DNA of 47,343 nucleotides, filler included, from Jimgerdemannia flammicorona (Eukaryota), in the NCBI GenBank assembly GCA_003990765.1. It is 2 parts of 2 records of this genome, joined end to end, with 100 filler letters (N's around TTAATTAATTAA, not from the genome) between each part and the next. Parts side by side here need not be neighbours in the genome. Positions count along the whole stretch, not along the records: positions 1 to 23,627 come from RBNJ01001088.1; 1 more part is not named here. One strand, given 5' to 3'. The notes under the pieces are model-generated. The model saw nothing but the letters and a program-made list of their open reading frames with translations, was not told the DNA's origin and ran no database searches. The translations under genes were made by a program, and so were the position numbers. Positions 10,570-22,721 of this stretch are shown here, one piece after another. Each line of letters begins with the position of its first letter. Position 1 is the stretch's first letter.

Positions 10570-13500
10570 AGTTAGAACAAGACCAACCTTGGACAGGAGT
10601 AACCCCCAGAACCAACTGGAGAACCAACAAGGTTAACCTGACCCACGAAGGCAGAAAGATCACCCTGATACCCCAGGAAGGTACCAACCACCAAGGAATC
10701 GAAATCATCTCTGCCATTCAAATGAAGAGACTCTCTCAAAAAAAGGGAAACACCTATTTCATCTGTACAGTACAAGAAGTCACTGAAGCTACAAGTAGCC
10801 CAATTCCAACAGAAGCTCAAGAACTGTTTGAAGAATTTCAAGATGTATTCCAAGATCCTCAAGGACTTCCACCCAAGTGCCAAATCCAACATGGAATTGA
10901 TCTTATTCCAGAATCTGAACCCCCATACAAGAGTATCTACCAACTGGCCCAACCTGAGCTCAAGACCCTCAAGGATGAGTTGACCAAACTACTGGCCCAA
11001 GGATATATTGAACCTAGCCGCTCCCCATTTGGAGCCCCCATTCTATTTATCAAGAAGAAGGATGGCTCTCTGCGAATGTGTATTGACTACAGAGCCCTCA
11101 ACAAGATCACCATTAAGAACCGGTATGCCTTGCCTAGGATTGATGAGTTGCTACACCAAATCTTCAAGGCCAAGACCTTTTCTCTACTAGATTTATGAAA
11201 TAGCTACCACCAGATTCTCATTGATGAGAAGGACATTGAGAAGACAGCTTTCTGAACACGGTTTGGACACTACCAGTTCCGAGTCATGTCTTTTGGATTG
11301 ACCAATGCACCAGCAACATTCCAGTATCTGATGAACGATATCTTTGGACCACTCCTCAACATCTGCATCCTTGTGTATATTGATGATATACTAATCTACA
11401 GCGAGACAGTAGAGCTACACTACACCCACCTTAGACAAGTACTGACCCTTCTGCAAGAACACCAGCTCTATGCCAAGATGAGCAAGTGTAAGTTCTATCA
11501 AGACCAGATCGAGTACTTAGGACACATCATCTCTGCTGAAGGTATCAATGTGGACCCCCGAAAAGTATCAGCCCTTAAGAATATCCCTATCCCTACTACC
11601 CTCAAGCTGCTCCAGCACTTTCTGGGTATTGCCAGTTATTACCGAAGGTTTATCCAAGGATACTCTGCTATTGCAGCCCCATTGACCAGCCTGGCCCATA
11701 AAGGAGTGAACATCAAAGCCGAATGGACCCCCGAATACACCCTGGCTATGGACCATCTCAAGAGACTCCTTACCAAGGCCCCAGTGCTAATTGCACCTGA
11801 TCCTACCAGACCATTCACTCTGACCACAGATGCCTCTGACATTGCTATTGGAGCAGTACTCAGTCAAGAAGACTGCCCAGTGGCCTACCTTTCCCAGAAG
11901 CTCAAGCCAGCTGAGACCCGGTATACCACCCACGAGAAGGAACTCCTGGCTATTGTCACTGCACTCCAGGAATGGCACCACTTCCTCCTAGGACAGCCAT
12001 TTGTGGCCTACACTGACCACCATGCACTGCGGTATATTCACACACAGCCCATGCTGACCCACAGACAAGCCCGCTGGATGGAAATCATTGCCAACTTTGA
12101 TATGGAAATCAAGTATATTCCAGGCAAAACCAACCATGTGGCTGATGGTTTCTCCAGATACATGGAAGACGAACTTGTCTTCATGGTCGAAGTAATTGGA
12201 GACCTTACCCAAATGATCAAGGATGGCTACCAGCAAGACAACCCCCTGATGAACTTCCTTCAATTCTGCCAAGATCCTGAGGCCAAGGTTCCAGAACCCA
12301 TGAGGCAGATGGCCAAGAGATTTACCTACCATGATAGACTTATCTACAGGGACCATGACAGAGTGGTTGTACCCAACAATGATACTCTGCGACTCAAGAT
12401 CATGCAGGAACTCCATGATACTCCTGCAGCAGGACACTTTGGTTTTGAAAAGACCTACAACCTCCTCTCAAGAGAGTTCTATTGGTCAAAGATGACCAAG
12501 GATATCGAAGACTTTGTGGCCTCATGCGAGATGTGCCAAAGGTTCAAAAGTGGTAACAAGCTACCAGCAGAACTCCTGCAACCCTTGCCTATCCCGAGTC
12601 ACAATTGGGACCAGATTGTAATGGACTTCATTGTCCAACTCCCCAAGACCAAGGCAGGATGAGATGCCATTGTGGTATTCATAGACCGCCTAAGTAAACA
12701 AGCTCATTTTGTACCCACCAAGACCACTGCTACAGCACCAGAGATTGCCGAGATTTTCCTCAACCAAGTATTCAGGCTACATGGCATGCCTAGCACTATT
12801 GTATCTGACTGAGATGCCAAGTTCACAAGCAATTTCTGGAAGGCATTCTTCTCCCTCCATGGAACCAAGCTGAAGTTCTCTACTGCCTACCACCCTCAGA
12901 CTGATGGTCAAACCGAGCAAACCAACAGGACTCTCAAACAGATGCTTAGTATCTTCTGCTGTTACAAGCAAAATGATTGAGACAAGTACCTAGCCCATGC
13001 CGAGTTTGCCTACAACAACAGTCAGCAAACCTCTACAAAGAAGACTCCATTCTTCCTGAACCATGGTCAACACCCAAGGACCCCTAGTACTACCGTGAAA
13101 TCAGCAGTCCCAGTAGCCCAAGACCTGGCCGAGACCATTTCTGACCTTACGCGAATGACAAGAGATGCTCTCATAGAAGCACAAGACTACCAGACCAAGT
13201 ACGTGAACTTGAAGTGAAGAGAAGCATCCTACAATATTGGTGATATGGTCATGCTTAGAACAGACCACCTCCACCCTGACACCCTGGCACAACAACTAGC
13301 CAAGAAACTCCATGCTAGAAGAATTGGACCATACAAGATTGTGGAAAAAATCAGCGAAGTTAACTACAAGTTGCAACTTCCCCACAATATCCAAGTACAC
13401 CCAGTATTCCATATCAGCCAATTGGTGGACTACCATGAAAACCCATTCTCCGAGCATACAGTTCCACCACCACCCCCAATTAGGATCAATGATCATGAGG

Positions 13501-13703
13501 AATTCGAAATTGAGGAAGTACTTGACCACAAGGTCTGCAAATATCCTAAAACAGTCAAGCGCTTTTTCCTGATCAAGTGGAAGGGTTACCCCACCCATGA
13601 TGCCACCTGGGAAAAAGAAGAAGCTCTGAAGAATACACGTACAGCCCTCCAGGACTACATGGAAACACTCACCCCCCAGCAAAGGAAGGAACTACAGCTC
13701 TAA
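10570..13703 (+). pseudogene. pol: Element C pol (PR C-terminus, RT, RNase H, integrase, chromodomain)
   Basis: [77 protein letters not shown] few TGA stops from CGA/TGG. Confidence 0.97.
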
Positions 13704-14004
13704 GTATAGAAGCACACAGCAAGCAGAAGGATACCACATATTTTTATCTGGAAATATATAATACTGAATATTGTGAAAAAAGGAACACTATGGATAACCA
13801 ACAAGAAGATATCTGAATAAAAGAACAATCTAGTACTATATAGCAAAATGCATTTGAACAACTCCATTTCATGCCATCTGTGTCATCTCCGCAGGATGAT
13901 GACGGATGCTTCATGTGAAACTTAGGAAAGCCAACAATGTCGAAACCAGTCTAAGTCCATCCACATGACAGATATTGTTACTAGGAATTGCCTCAGATTA
14001 CAAG

Positions 14005-14100
14005 AAAAGTCTATTTCTGAGAGGTTCGAACCCCCAGCCACGACAATGGGAGCCCTCACCCTAGACAAGGATGGCCAGTCCTCGCAAATGCGCCAACCAG
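14005..14100 (-). ncRNA. Putative Pol III-type tRNA-like module (A box, 7-nt-loop hairpin, B box, T4)
   Basis: Minus strand reads TGGCGCATTTG, GAGGA-CTGGCCA-TCCTT, GGGGG-TTCGAAC-CTCTC, then TTTT. There is no good acceptor stem, so this is not a canonical tRNA. Confidence 0.45.
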
Positions 14101-14274
14101 ATAAAAAAAAAATGGACCAAGACCTGTTAACTCTATATAACCACAGATGGGTGACGAGATCTTTGAAATCAGGATTTTCCTCATGTGACCAGCATATGCT
14201 CCGCTTACAGCACAGGTCATGCATTTTGCCAGAAAGCGTGACCAAAGGAAGGTCACATCAGATGGGCGAATAAG

Positions 14275-14285
14275 TATAAATACCC
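14275..14285 (+). promoter_or_regulatory. Internal TATA box upstream of ORF-X
   Basis: TATAAATACCC, identical to the LTR TATA context, 73 bp before the ATG at 14348. Confidence 0.55.
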
Positions 14286-14347
14286 AAGGCAAGAATACCC
14301 CACAACTCTCATCCCCCTTTTCCTTACAAAGAAAAGACAAGACAAGA

Positions 14348-15178
14348 ATGCCTGCTACCCGCCGCCAAACTGCCCACCATAGCCAGCCCCTCCCAAGTCA
14401 GGTTGACTGCCTCTTTGGACATATCCAGGTTGCCATCCAAGGAAGGAACCGCCACTCAGAGGCCCTTAACCTCTCCAGCCAGGATCTAGGACACTATGTC
14501 CTCAACCGCCATGAAGTCATCGAAAGAGCCTACCTTGCCACTAGCCACCTAGAGATCTGGCATGAATATGAGATTGGCCACCAACTTCTCCAACATACAA
14601 AGGACCTACCCACAGATCAAGTCTCTGATTGGACTCACCTAGACAGGCATGAGCAAAGACTTACCAAGAAGGTCCATCAAATCATGCGCCATGTACCCTT
14701 CGCAATTCCCAACCTCAACTACATACAACTGAAGGACTTCCAGAACCTCTCTTTCCCTGAGGTCGATGCCCTAGAAGTCAAGGTCGCCCAAGAAGCCAAC
14801 TCCTGGATTGCCCTCAAGTCTACTGACTGTAAACCCTACTGGAGCCCCCTCCTGAATGACAATCCTGACCAATGGCTCCAAGGTCTCTCTGACCTCTTTG
14901 AAGGACCACCTATCCGAATGAATATTCCCAGGCATGAAGATCAAGAGCCCTACTTGGATGGCCCCAACTGCATCAGATGGAGAACCCCTACACTAGCACC
15001 TATTCCATGGCAAGAACCATTTGCAGACCTCATTGACTTCTCCATCCTGGACAGCGAGCCACCTGCAACCACCACCCCCCCTACCCCTGAAGAAGATGGT
15101 AATAACCCTGAGGAGGATTCCCCACCTTTCTCTCCCCTGGTTCTCAATTTCTCAATCAATGAGAACATTGATTTCTAA
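14348..15178 (+). CDS. ORF-X: intact 276-aa accessory protein of unknown function (acidic/Pro-rich tail)
   Basis: Stop-free ORF (MPATRRQT...) between pol and the PPT; aligns clearly with 41219..41566 (e.g. IPNL, NPDQ[WF]LQGL..[LV]F). Confidence 0.85.
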   Translation: MPATRRQTAHHSQPLPSQVDCLFGHIQVAIQGRNRHSEALNLSSQDLGHYVLNRHEVIERAYLATSHLEIWHEYEIGHQLLQHTKDLPTDQVSDWTHLDRHEQRLTKKVHQIMRHVPFAIPNLNYIQLKDFQNLSFPEVDALEVKVAQEANSWIALKSTDCKPYWSPLLNDNPDQWLQGLSDLFEGPPIRMNIPRHEDQEPYLDGPNCIRWRTPTLAPIPWQEPFADLIDFSILDSEPPATTTPPTPEEDGNNPEEDSPPFSPLVLNFSINENIDF

Positions 15179-15189
15179 GGAGGGAAGGA

Positions 15190-16002
15190 TGTAATAGAAT
15201 GACAAACAGATACGACGCGATGAGTGATGAGCGATCACGTGACCTGGTGATGATGTCATCATACGATCGAGCACAACATATGAATAGTGAGTGACAAACG
15301 AACGAACGATGCAAAATGACGCAGAAAACGATATCCAGCTTATCCCCAACAATCAGCACCGCAGCAACAGTTGCCACAGCAGCTGATCATTGCCTAGTAA
15401 TTGAGGTCCTGATCACAAAGTTGTTTTTATCAAAAAAACCACCTGACAAAGATTGCGATCACAAACCTCATTATAGTTACCAAATTAGTCACTCATACTT
15501 AGTCAGAAATCGCAGACCAACTTGTATAAATACCCCCCAGTTTCCATCCGAAATAAAGCAGTTTTAGTTCAGTCCTTGATACAAGAATCAAGTCCCCCCC
15601 ACACACACACATTCCCCTGAGTCTTAGTAATGACATTTAAGTGACTCTAGTGTTTCTGACTAAACTCCAGAAGCCTAGCTAACTTCTGCCAGAACTGAGA
15701 CTGGTATATAAATCCCCAAAGACTTAAGTAAACCCATTGAACCTGAATTCCAAGGCGAATTCAGCCTGTGCACAGCAAAGAACAAGACCCTCGAAATAGG
15801 GCACAAGAGAAAGACCTTTGAAAGATAAGGCAAACCAGAAAGACCTTTGAAAGATAAGGCACTGCCGCTACAACTACTTTAAGCAAACGCTTCCTCAAAC
15901 TGAAGGCTTCTTGGTATACATTGTGTACTAAGTCCCTAAGTAATAGTCCACTTCCCTAAATATCCAAAGGATAAGAGAGGGATAGAAGTGAGAGTTATTA
16001 TA
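15190..16002 (+). repeat. Element C 3' LTR
   Basis: TGTAATAGAATGAC...GTTATTATA, with a private tandem duplication of AAGACCTTTGAAAGATAAGGCA at ~15810-15861. Confidence 0.93.
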
Positions 16003-16896
16003 GTACTCTAAGACCAAACTCCAGCTCAGTCTCATATCTTATCAATATTTACCAACTATTAGTCTATTGGCTATAGTTTCTGTACAACCTCTTATTGATA
16101 CTTTATATCAATACTAATCTCAAATTCTATCAATAGTGAAATGCTCAATAGAAGTCTGTCTTATCTCTATATTACAGATCTCCATTGTATCACTCTCTCA
16201 TTACCAGACTAATGAAAACCAATATAGTGAGCTCTCTCTACTATATCCTACTAAAATCCCCTATACTGCAAGCACTTACTACTTCTAAGTTCAACTATCA
16301 ATAATAGATCTCCCAAAGAGCCTAAAGATGAGAACCTTGCCTCTTAGACCTTCTATATCCAATGTAACTCTCTGCCTCATAACTTAATAGCTATAAGAGA
16401 GTTACTTGTTAAAAGTACTGTTACATAGTTCTGGAAGAGGTTTCTGGAAGTTCTGGATATTCTGAAAGACTGTTTTCTTTAGGTCAAGATCAATCTTGTA
16501 TAGAGTACTTCCTCTATGCTTATTGATTTCAAGATCAGATTGATGTCTCAACCAAAGTCCTTTATTGGACTTATTCTGAATGTTCAGGATTTTCTATATT
16601 TCAGGAAGTTCAAGAAACTAAGACCAGCTTAGTTGAATCAGTATATCACTACTGACAATATCCAATTAGGAAATTTTATGATATGGTTAGGAGTGAGACC
16701 AAATAGAATACAGATTTGCTTAAGAGTAATTTGGGGTTTATTAAATAGGTTTATTTACTATTCATGATATTACTATACTAGGAGTAGTATGTGAACAGAT
16801 ATTGAGAGGGAGTGTTCAGGAGTTCTTGTATTTGGATCTGTTCAAGTCTGAGTTTCTGAGTCTGAGAGAGGAGGTATTTATACTAATAGAGGGCTA

Positions 16897-17471
16897 TCTG
16901 AACTAGTACTCCTAATGAGTCAATTTAATCTAGATTGGATTCAGATTGATTCAGATTGAATCTCATCCAGATCAACTCAGATGGGATTTGAATCCCATCT
17001 GGATGGATTTGAATCAACCATTGTTTTGATTTCCAAATTAGACAATTAAATGTTTACATCAATAACTCGATGAATAATCATCCAAATTTAATGATCCTGA
17101 TGTAATTTGAAAGCCCTTAATAAGGCCTATCTAATGACACTAAGAACATTGAAATCGAATCATATGTTGCTGAGTTATGAAGGAAAATGTCTGAATTACC
17201 AATTTTGGAAATTATTTGATTTGCCAATTTTGGAAATTTCATCAAATTGAACATTTTCCTTAATATCTTAGCAACACGTCATCCGATTTTAATGTACTTA
17301 GTATCATTAGAGAGGCCTTATTAAGAGCTTTCAAATAACACCAAGATCATTAAATTTGGATAATTATTTATTGAGTTATTGATGTAAACATTTAATTGTC
17401 TAATTTGGAAATCAAAACAATAGTTGATTTGAATCCCATCCAGATTGACTCATTTGGAGCACTAATCTGGA
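16897..17471. repeat. ~575-bp foldback (long inverted repeat) with hairpin-forming arms
   Basis: 17012-17190 is the reverse complement of 17251-17430. Outer arms are TAGTACTCCTAATGAGTCAAT/ATTGACTCATTTGGAGCACTA, with a possible CTA/CTA TSD. Confidence 0.9.
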
Positions 17472-17949
17472 CTATGCTAAATATGGATGTAGTACTTAGT
17501 ATCTTGCTGAGTCAGAATGCAGTCACATAGTGCAAGTGTGAACTAATATGTCAAGAGATCATCTGACTGTTGAGCCAGTATATAGTCATATTATATGATG
17601 CTAATCTAACTATACTAATGACTGCTGAGCTATCTATAGATTTAGATACTGTCTGGGTAGTCTTTGATGACATCACTATCAATAATATTATCTTTGATAA
17701 AGTAGTCATCTAGAAAGAGTGATTCTTGGATTACTTCTTTCTGTTTACTCAGATAATAATATATTGGGACTATATTACTATCTTACAGGATAGTATCATC
17801 TGTTTCATATACCAGATAAGGTATCAGTGGGCAGAGAAGGGATATATCATCTTCACTTTTATCAGATTCACTATCTGTATACCTTTTATAGATAACAGTG
17901 CTATAAGTTACAGAGTTGTAGTATGCTGACAGCTGTGACTTATTTCATT

Positions 17950-18718
17950 TATACTTGGAAGGTGGGGTTGTTGGTTTGATCTTGAGGGTTGTCTGGAGAT
18001 ATAGGTTATGTTCTCATTGTAGTTAAAGTAATTGAGCATAAATATAGGTTGGTACTCATACCAGTAGTCATTATCTCAATAGATCTCATAGGTGGTTATA
18101 AACTATTATAAGTTCATCAGTAGTGATCAGGGCTGGTAGAGATCCTTGGCTGGAGGTTATGTCAGCATTGGAGGGATCATTATCTTCTACTTTATTATTA
18201 TCGAACTAGATTATATTATAGATATCCTTCATAGTGTATCCAACTTAGGACATTTGTAGGATATAGTCATGGGAATATAGGAAGGTTCTGTCTGTGGTTT
18301 GAATATACTCAATATATTTGTAGTTGAGTTCTTGTACTATATCATTGATTTGACCATAGGACAGAGTGACAACTATTTCAGTAGTGGTAACTTAGAGATA
18401 GAGAATAAAGATACTATACTTATAAAAGAGTTCTTAGTGTTTATGGACAATGAGTTTCTGGTGTTGAGATATTTGGATAATATCTATATCATAGTAGTGT
18501 TCAATCATATCTTTCAGAAGACAGCTGATCTGGTAGTAGCTTGAGATTTGTCTGATTCAGTAGGCTTTGCTGAGCATGTTCAGGACATTCCATTGGACTT
18601 CTAGAAAGTAGAGAGGTACTAGGCTATGGATATTTATGAGGAGCAGAGGAGGTGTGGCTCGGTTAACAATGGTATTTCAAATGTCAGCATTGATATAGTT
18701 GTAGATCTCAGTAATCAT
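17950..18718 (-). pseudogene. ORF-X homologue inside family-D LTR
   Basis: MITEIYNY...ISSYYQISCLLK...KLIVHKH*ELFY...IL.L*VTT..IV.TLSYGQIND; the 3' end is approximate. Confidence 0.6.
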
Positions 18719-21700
18719 GTTTGTGTATATATTTAAGAGTTGTAATTGTTTGTTTAGTTTGTTGTAGTTCTCTGTTTTGATGTATCTGAGTGCTCAGTAT
18801 ATATACATTCAGTTCTGATTGGTAAGGTTCTGTTTGTATAAATATTATATTCCATGACTTCAAGTTAACTCAGCTTTGTATTCTGTGACCTCAGTTTGAC
18901 TCAGCTTTATGATCTTACATATAATTTCCAGATTTGTTCTAAGGGTGATGTATGATTTCAGTGACTTAGAGGTTGTGTACTTATAACAGCTCTCTTTAAC
19001 TACTAAGCTCTAAGGTAATACATCCTCTTTAGGAAGTCCACCAGACCTAGATCTCCTCTACCTACTGAAGGTACTAATATCTTCTAACTTATCTGACTCT
19101 GCCTCTCAGTCAATTTCAGTCTTTAGCTATCTTCAATAATCACTTCACTACTTAAGCCAGAAAGTTCAAGTAATATTCCAGATATTATAACTTTGGCAAC
19201 CAGTAGATATTAAGGATTGATATCTGTCTGGTAAGAGAAATGTGACACTCCTCTCAACCTCTAAGAACCTCTTCTCATTTCACCACCACTAAGCTCTAGG
19301 CAGGACTGATCTATATACTAATAGTAATATATCCAGATATCATATTATCTCTCCTATAGAGACAATAGTTCCTACAATATCTCTATCTATCAAACTATTT
19401 CTCAGTACTATTATCTCATACTTATACAAGTTCACAGCAGCCCTCAGCTCATAATATCAGTAACTAAACCAAGCCCAATTATCATATTATCAGCAAAGGC
19501 CTCAATCTTCCAGATAATCTTTAAGAATAAAAGCTCTAATATCTTATAGTGAATCCTGTCTATCAATGGCTCTAATAATAAAGTATATAGAATAGGAGAT
19601 AGTAAGTCTCTATGAAGAACTCCTCTCTCTAATAAGAATAAGACTCTATAATATCTATTATACAAAATTGCTATCAGGCTGCTCTCTAATAGACTAATTA
19701 TTAATAATTAGAATTAGTAAGAAATATCAATCCTTATCAATATCTTCTCTAGCCAGATGTATCATATCTAATTATAGGTCTTCTTCTGAACCAGGAAGAC
19801 TAATTGTCCATTCAGTCCACTAGTTTTTATCTTCTCAATTATGCTATAAGCCCAGGTCATCTCATCTCTAATCAGCCTATCACTAACAAAATCTCTCTGC
19901 TCAACTAACACCTATTGAGCACAACAATCACCTTTATGACCAACTTTCTGTCTATATCTAGAAGTATAATCAGCCTCCAATTCTTTCAATCCTCTCTCCT
20001 ATTCTTATATTTATACAGCAGTGCTTCTAGACTGAGATCCTGACCTCTAACTCACTCTCCAGATATAAGGATGAGATCATATAGTACTGTCATCTCCCCC
20101 AATACCCCTGGAACTCTCACCATCTTCTTCCAAAAGGTCCAAGATAGGCCATCTGTGCCAAGAGCCATGCTCTGTTTTGTTGCTAACAAGACTCTCAAAA
20201 TTTTGTCCTTCTGGACTAGTTGAATCAAGTCTCCAAAACTATTAATCTGTAGAGAGTACTAATCCTTCAGAGAGTACTCAATAGCTTTCTTATTAGCACT
20301 CTCTTCTTTCTTACTCTACAGACCTCATCTATTCTTCAAAGAACTCAGAATCCTCTGCATTCTATTTACTAGAGTACTCTCCTCATCAAGTACTTTATTT
20401 CACTACTATCTCACTCTCTTTATCTGAAGAAGTCTAGACAGATACCTAGTAGGTCTCTTGCCTTTCTCAAGCCTCTACCACTATAGCCAAGCTACCATAC
20501 TCTACACCCAAGTCTATTTCTCCTCTCTCAACACTCTCTTCAACTCCTCTACCTCCAGTTAGGCTTATTCTAACTATCATCTCACTTCAACATTTCTGCC
20601 TACTCTAACTATAACCTCTTCATCCTATGGGAGACCCACCTCACTCTCTATCTCTGCTGGACCCCTTTAAACCTACCAGGCTTACTCTAATATACTCTGA
20701 CTACCTTCTTTAGCTTTACTCAATAGACTCCTACTGAAGATCTCTCTCATTTCCAGCAAATAAATCTTCATCCCAATATCCTCTACTCAAGTATCCCACA
20801 ATCTCTTCTTCTCTAACAATAAAGAATTAAAATATTAATATTCAGTCTCATTCTACTCTCTTCTAACTAGCTATATCTCAATAGTTTCTAATAATCAGAC
20901 CATGAACACCACTCTACCTTTAAAGCTACCCAGATATTTATCTTCCATCATTTGATAGTCAGTATCTATTTACTCAATAAGTATAAACCCTCTAGTCACT
21001 CCACACTATCCTGCTAGTATTTACCAATGAACTTAGATGCTCTACATTCTCTCAAACATCCAGACTATCACTATAGCCTACTATATATCTCTCTCTATAA
21101 GTTCTATCTAATTGTATATTTTGTACTATTAAAGTCTTCACCCAATATATCTACACTAGCTTCAGCAAGTATATCATACTCATGAAATCTATCTAGCTAC
21201 TCTACTCAATCACTTCTAACTGCTGAGCAATAATAAGAGCCTACTACTACTGGATCTCACCCTGGCCTTTGCTACTCACTCTATACCAAGTAGTCTCTTT
21301 ATCCCCCAACTCCTCATAGTTCTCTCTTACTTCTTCATACCAGAATCCTCACCTTATTCCTCCAAACTACTATACTACCCCACTCTCTTATCTATATCAA
21401 TTTATTCAATTTTTTCTTACAGCATATATTCTATAGCAGAAAAAGATATGCCTCTAAACCCCACTGCTAAGCAAAAATGTTTTGACATCTCAAAGAGCCC
21501 TACAGACTATTCATATTCAATAAGAAAATTTTAGTTATACTATTTATAAAGAAATATTATTATGTTGCAGTTCTATCTCCTTCACAGTTCTACACTTATC
21601 TCCTTTATAGCTAAGTTCAGACTATACTCTATAATTGCTTCCTCTTCTTAGTATCTAATCCAGCCAGTATCTTTACAATCTTCTTATCATCCTTGACCTC

Positions 21701-22175
21701 TATCTCCTCCTTATACTTCTCACACACTATCTGTCAGAGCTACAATCTATACCTCTGCTTCTATCAGAAAGCAATACACTCTCTAGTAACTACTACCAAT
21801 TTAGCCTCTCTTATCATATCTACCTCATAATCTTCCTCTTCCAAAAATATAGCCTAAATCTCAGCTTTTACCTTGTCAACTACTCCATCACTCCTCAATA
21901 TCTTTGTCCAGAGTTCCTCACTAATATGTACAAGTCTACCTCTCTCAGCTCCTCTATAGCCAACTCATTCATCATTATACTCATCTATTACATATTACTA
22001 ATATATTTTCCTCCAGAGTTTTAGACCTCCTCTCTATCAGTAGTAGAGTATCTGTACTAGTTCTAGTAGACTCATTCTACTCCTTCTTAGGATCATACAA
22101 CTCATTCTCCTCTACTTCAATCATCTGCTCTCTCTTCATCATATATCTGATACTCTAAACTAGACCCTATATATG

Positions 22176-22721
22176 TTTTTTTTTTTTTTTTCACTTAAAC
22201 TCCTGTATTTATTACCAACTATTCTATATTATAATAATATAAAATAGCCTGCCCCTACCTAATCCTACAGGAGTTCTGCCCCCCTCCCCTCCCTCTCTCC
22301 ATTTTGCTAGAAGGTAACTACTCCTCTAGATATCCCAATTCTCTTCCCACTCTTTACATATATTGTTTTTATCAGTCTATGATAAAGATCTCCTATGGAT
22401 CTCCATCTCATCTACTAACCATTCAACAACTCCAATCAATAACTCCCACCTCACTACTCTTACCCTCAGTGCCAGCTTCTAGCTCTTCTCAAAAATATAC
22501 TACTAATGTTCAGAGAGCCCAATCCAAATGACAAGGGCCCACCCTACTGAAAGTTATTTATTACTAACTCCCACCACCAGCTACTCCTAAAGAGCATCCC
22601 ACCACTCCTCTGCTACTCCCATAAGAGGTCACACCCCAGCCAGTCATCAATCATCTATCAGTTGTCAAGAGTTCACACTCACTCAATCAATGTTCTTGAG
22701 TCTGAACCACCCCTCTCCTAC
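22176..22721 (-). mobile_element. LINE 3' end (same superfamily as 35802-36850)
   Basis: Poly(T) at 22176-22191 followed by CACTTAAACTC..TTTATTACC as in the young copy; encodes EGVVQTQEH*LSECELL. Confidence 0.75.

Larger units (their letters stand above)
9754..16002 (+). mobile_element. Element C: Ty3/Gypsy chromovirus lacking gag and most of PR, with a 3' accessory ORF
   Basis: LTRs 9754-10516 (first ~13 bp missing) and 15190-16002. PBS at 10520 and PPT AAGGAGGGAAGGA at 15177-15189. RT-RH-IN-chromodomain present. Confidence 0.95.
16392..18985 (-). mobile_element. Family-D long solo LTR (~2.6 kb) containing ORF-X and a foldback
   Basis: Termini TATAAG...CTTATA (TGTAAG..CTTACA) and 5-bp TSD ATAGC/ACAGC. 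Minus-strand TATAAATACC at ~16873-16882. A second copy begins at the same base at 22722. Confidence 0.75.
9033..22170 (-). mobile_element. Old L1/Tx1-like LINE split into three pieces (9033-9753, 16003-16391, 18986-~22170) by elements C and D
   Basis: Decayed poly(T) at ~9033-9065. 9540-9750 and 16003-16150 are collinear with the young LINE at 36265-36630. RT GVLHRDLLSPILYTLLLEPL..IEAFADNM (19444..19665). APE-like ILGEDFN ~21130-21150 and WSD(H) ~20893-20903. Confidence 0.85.

Noticed and set aside
11568..13682. Minus-strand ORFs over element C pol (and similar shadow ORFs over B and E)
   Set aside because: These are antisense shadows of pol with no independent motifs.
14005..14100. Canonical tRNA gene
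   Set aside because: There is no 7-bp acceptor stem and the D arm is truncated; kept only as a tRNA-like module.
14348..15178. ORF-X as an env gene
   Set aside because: The position fits, but there is no signal peptide, transmembrane helix or furin-site/fusion-peptide pattern.
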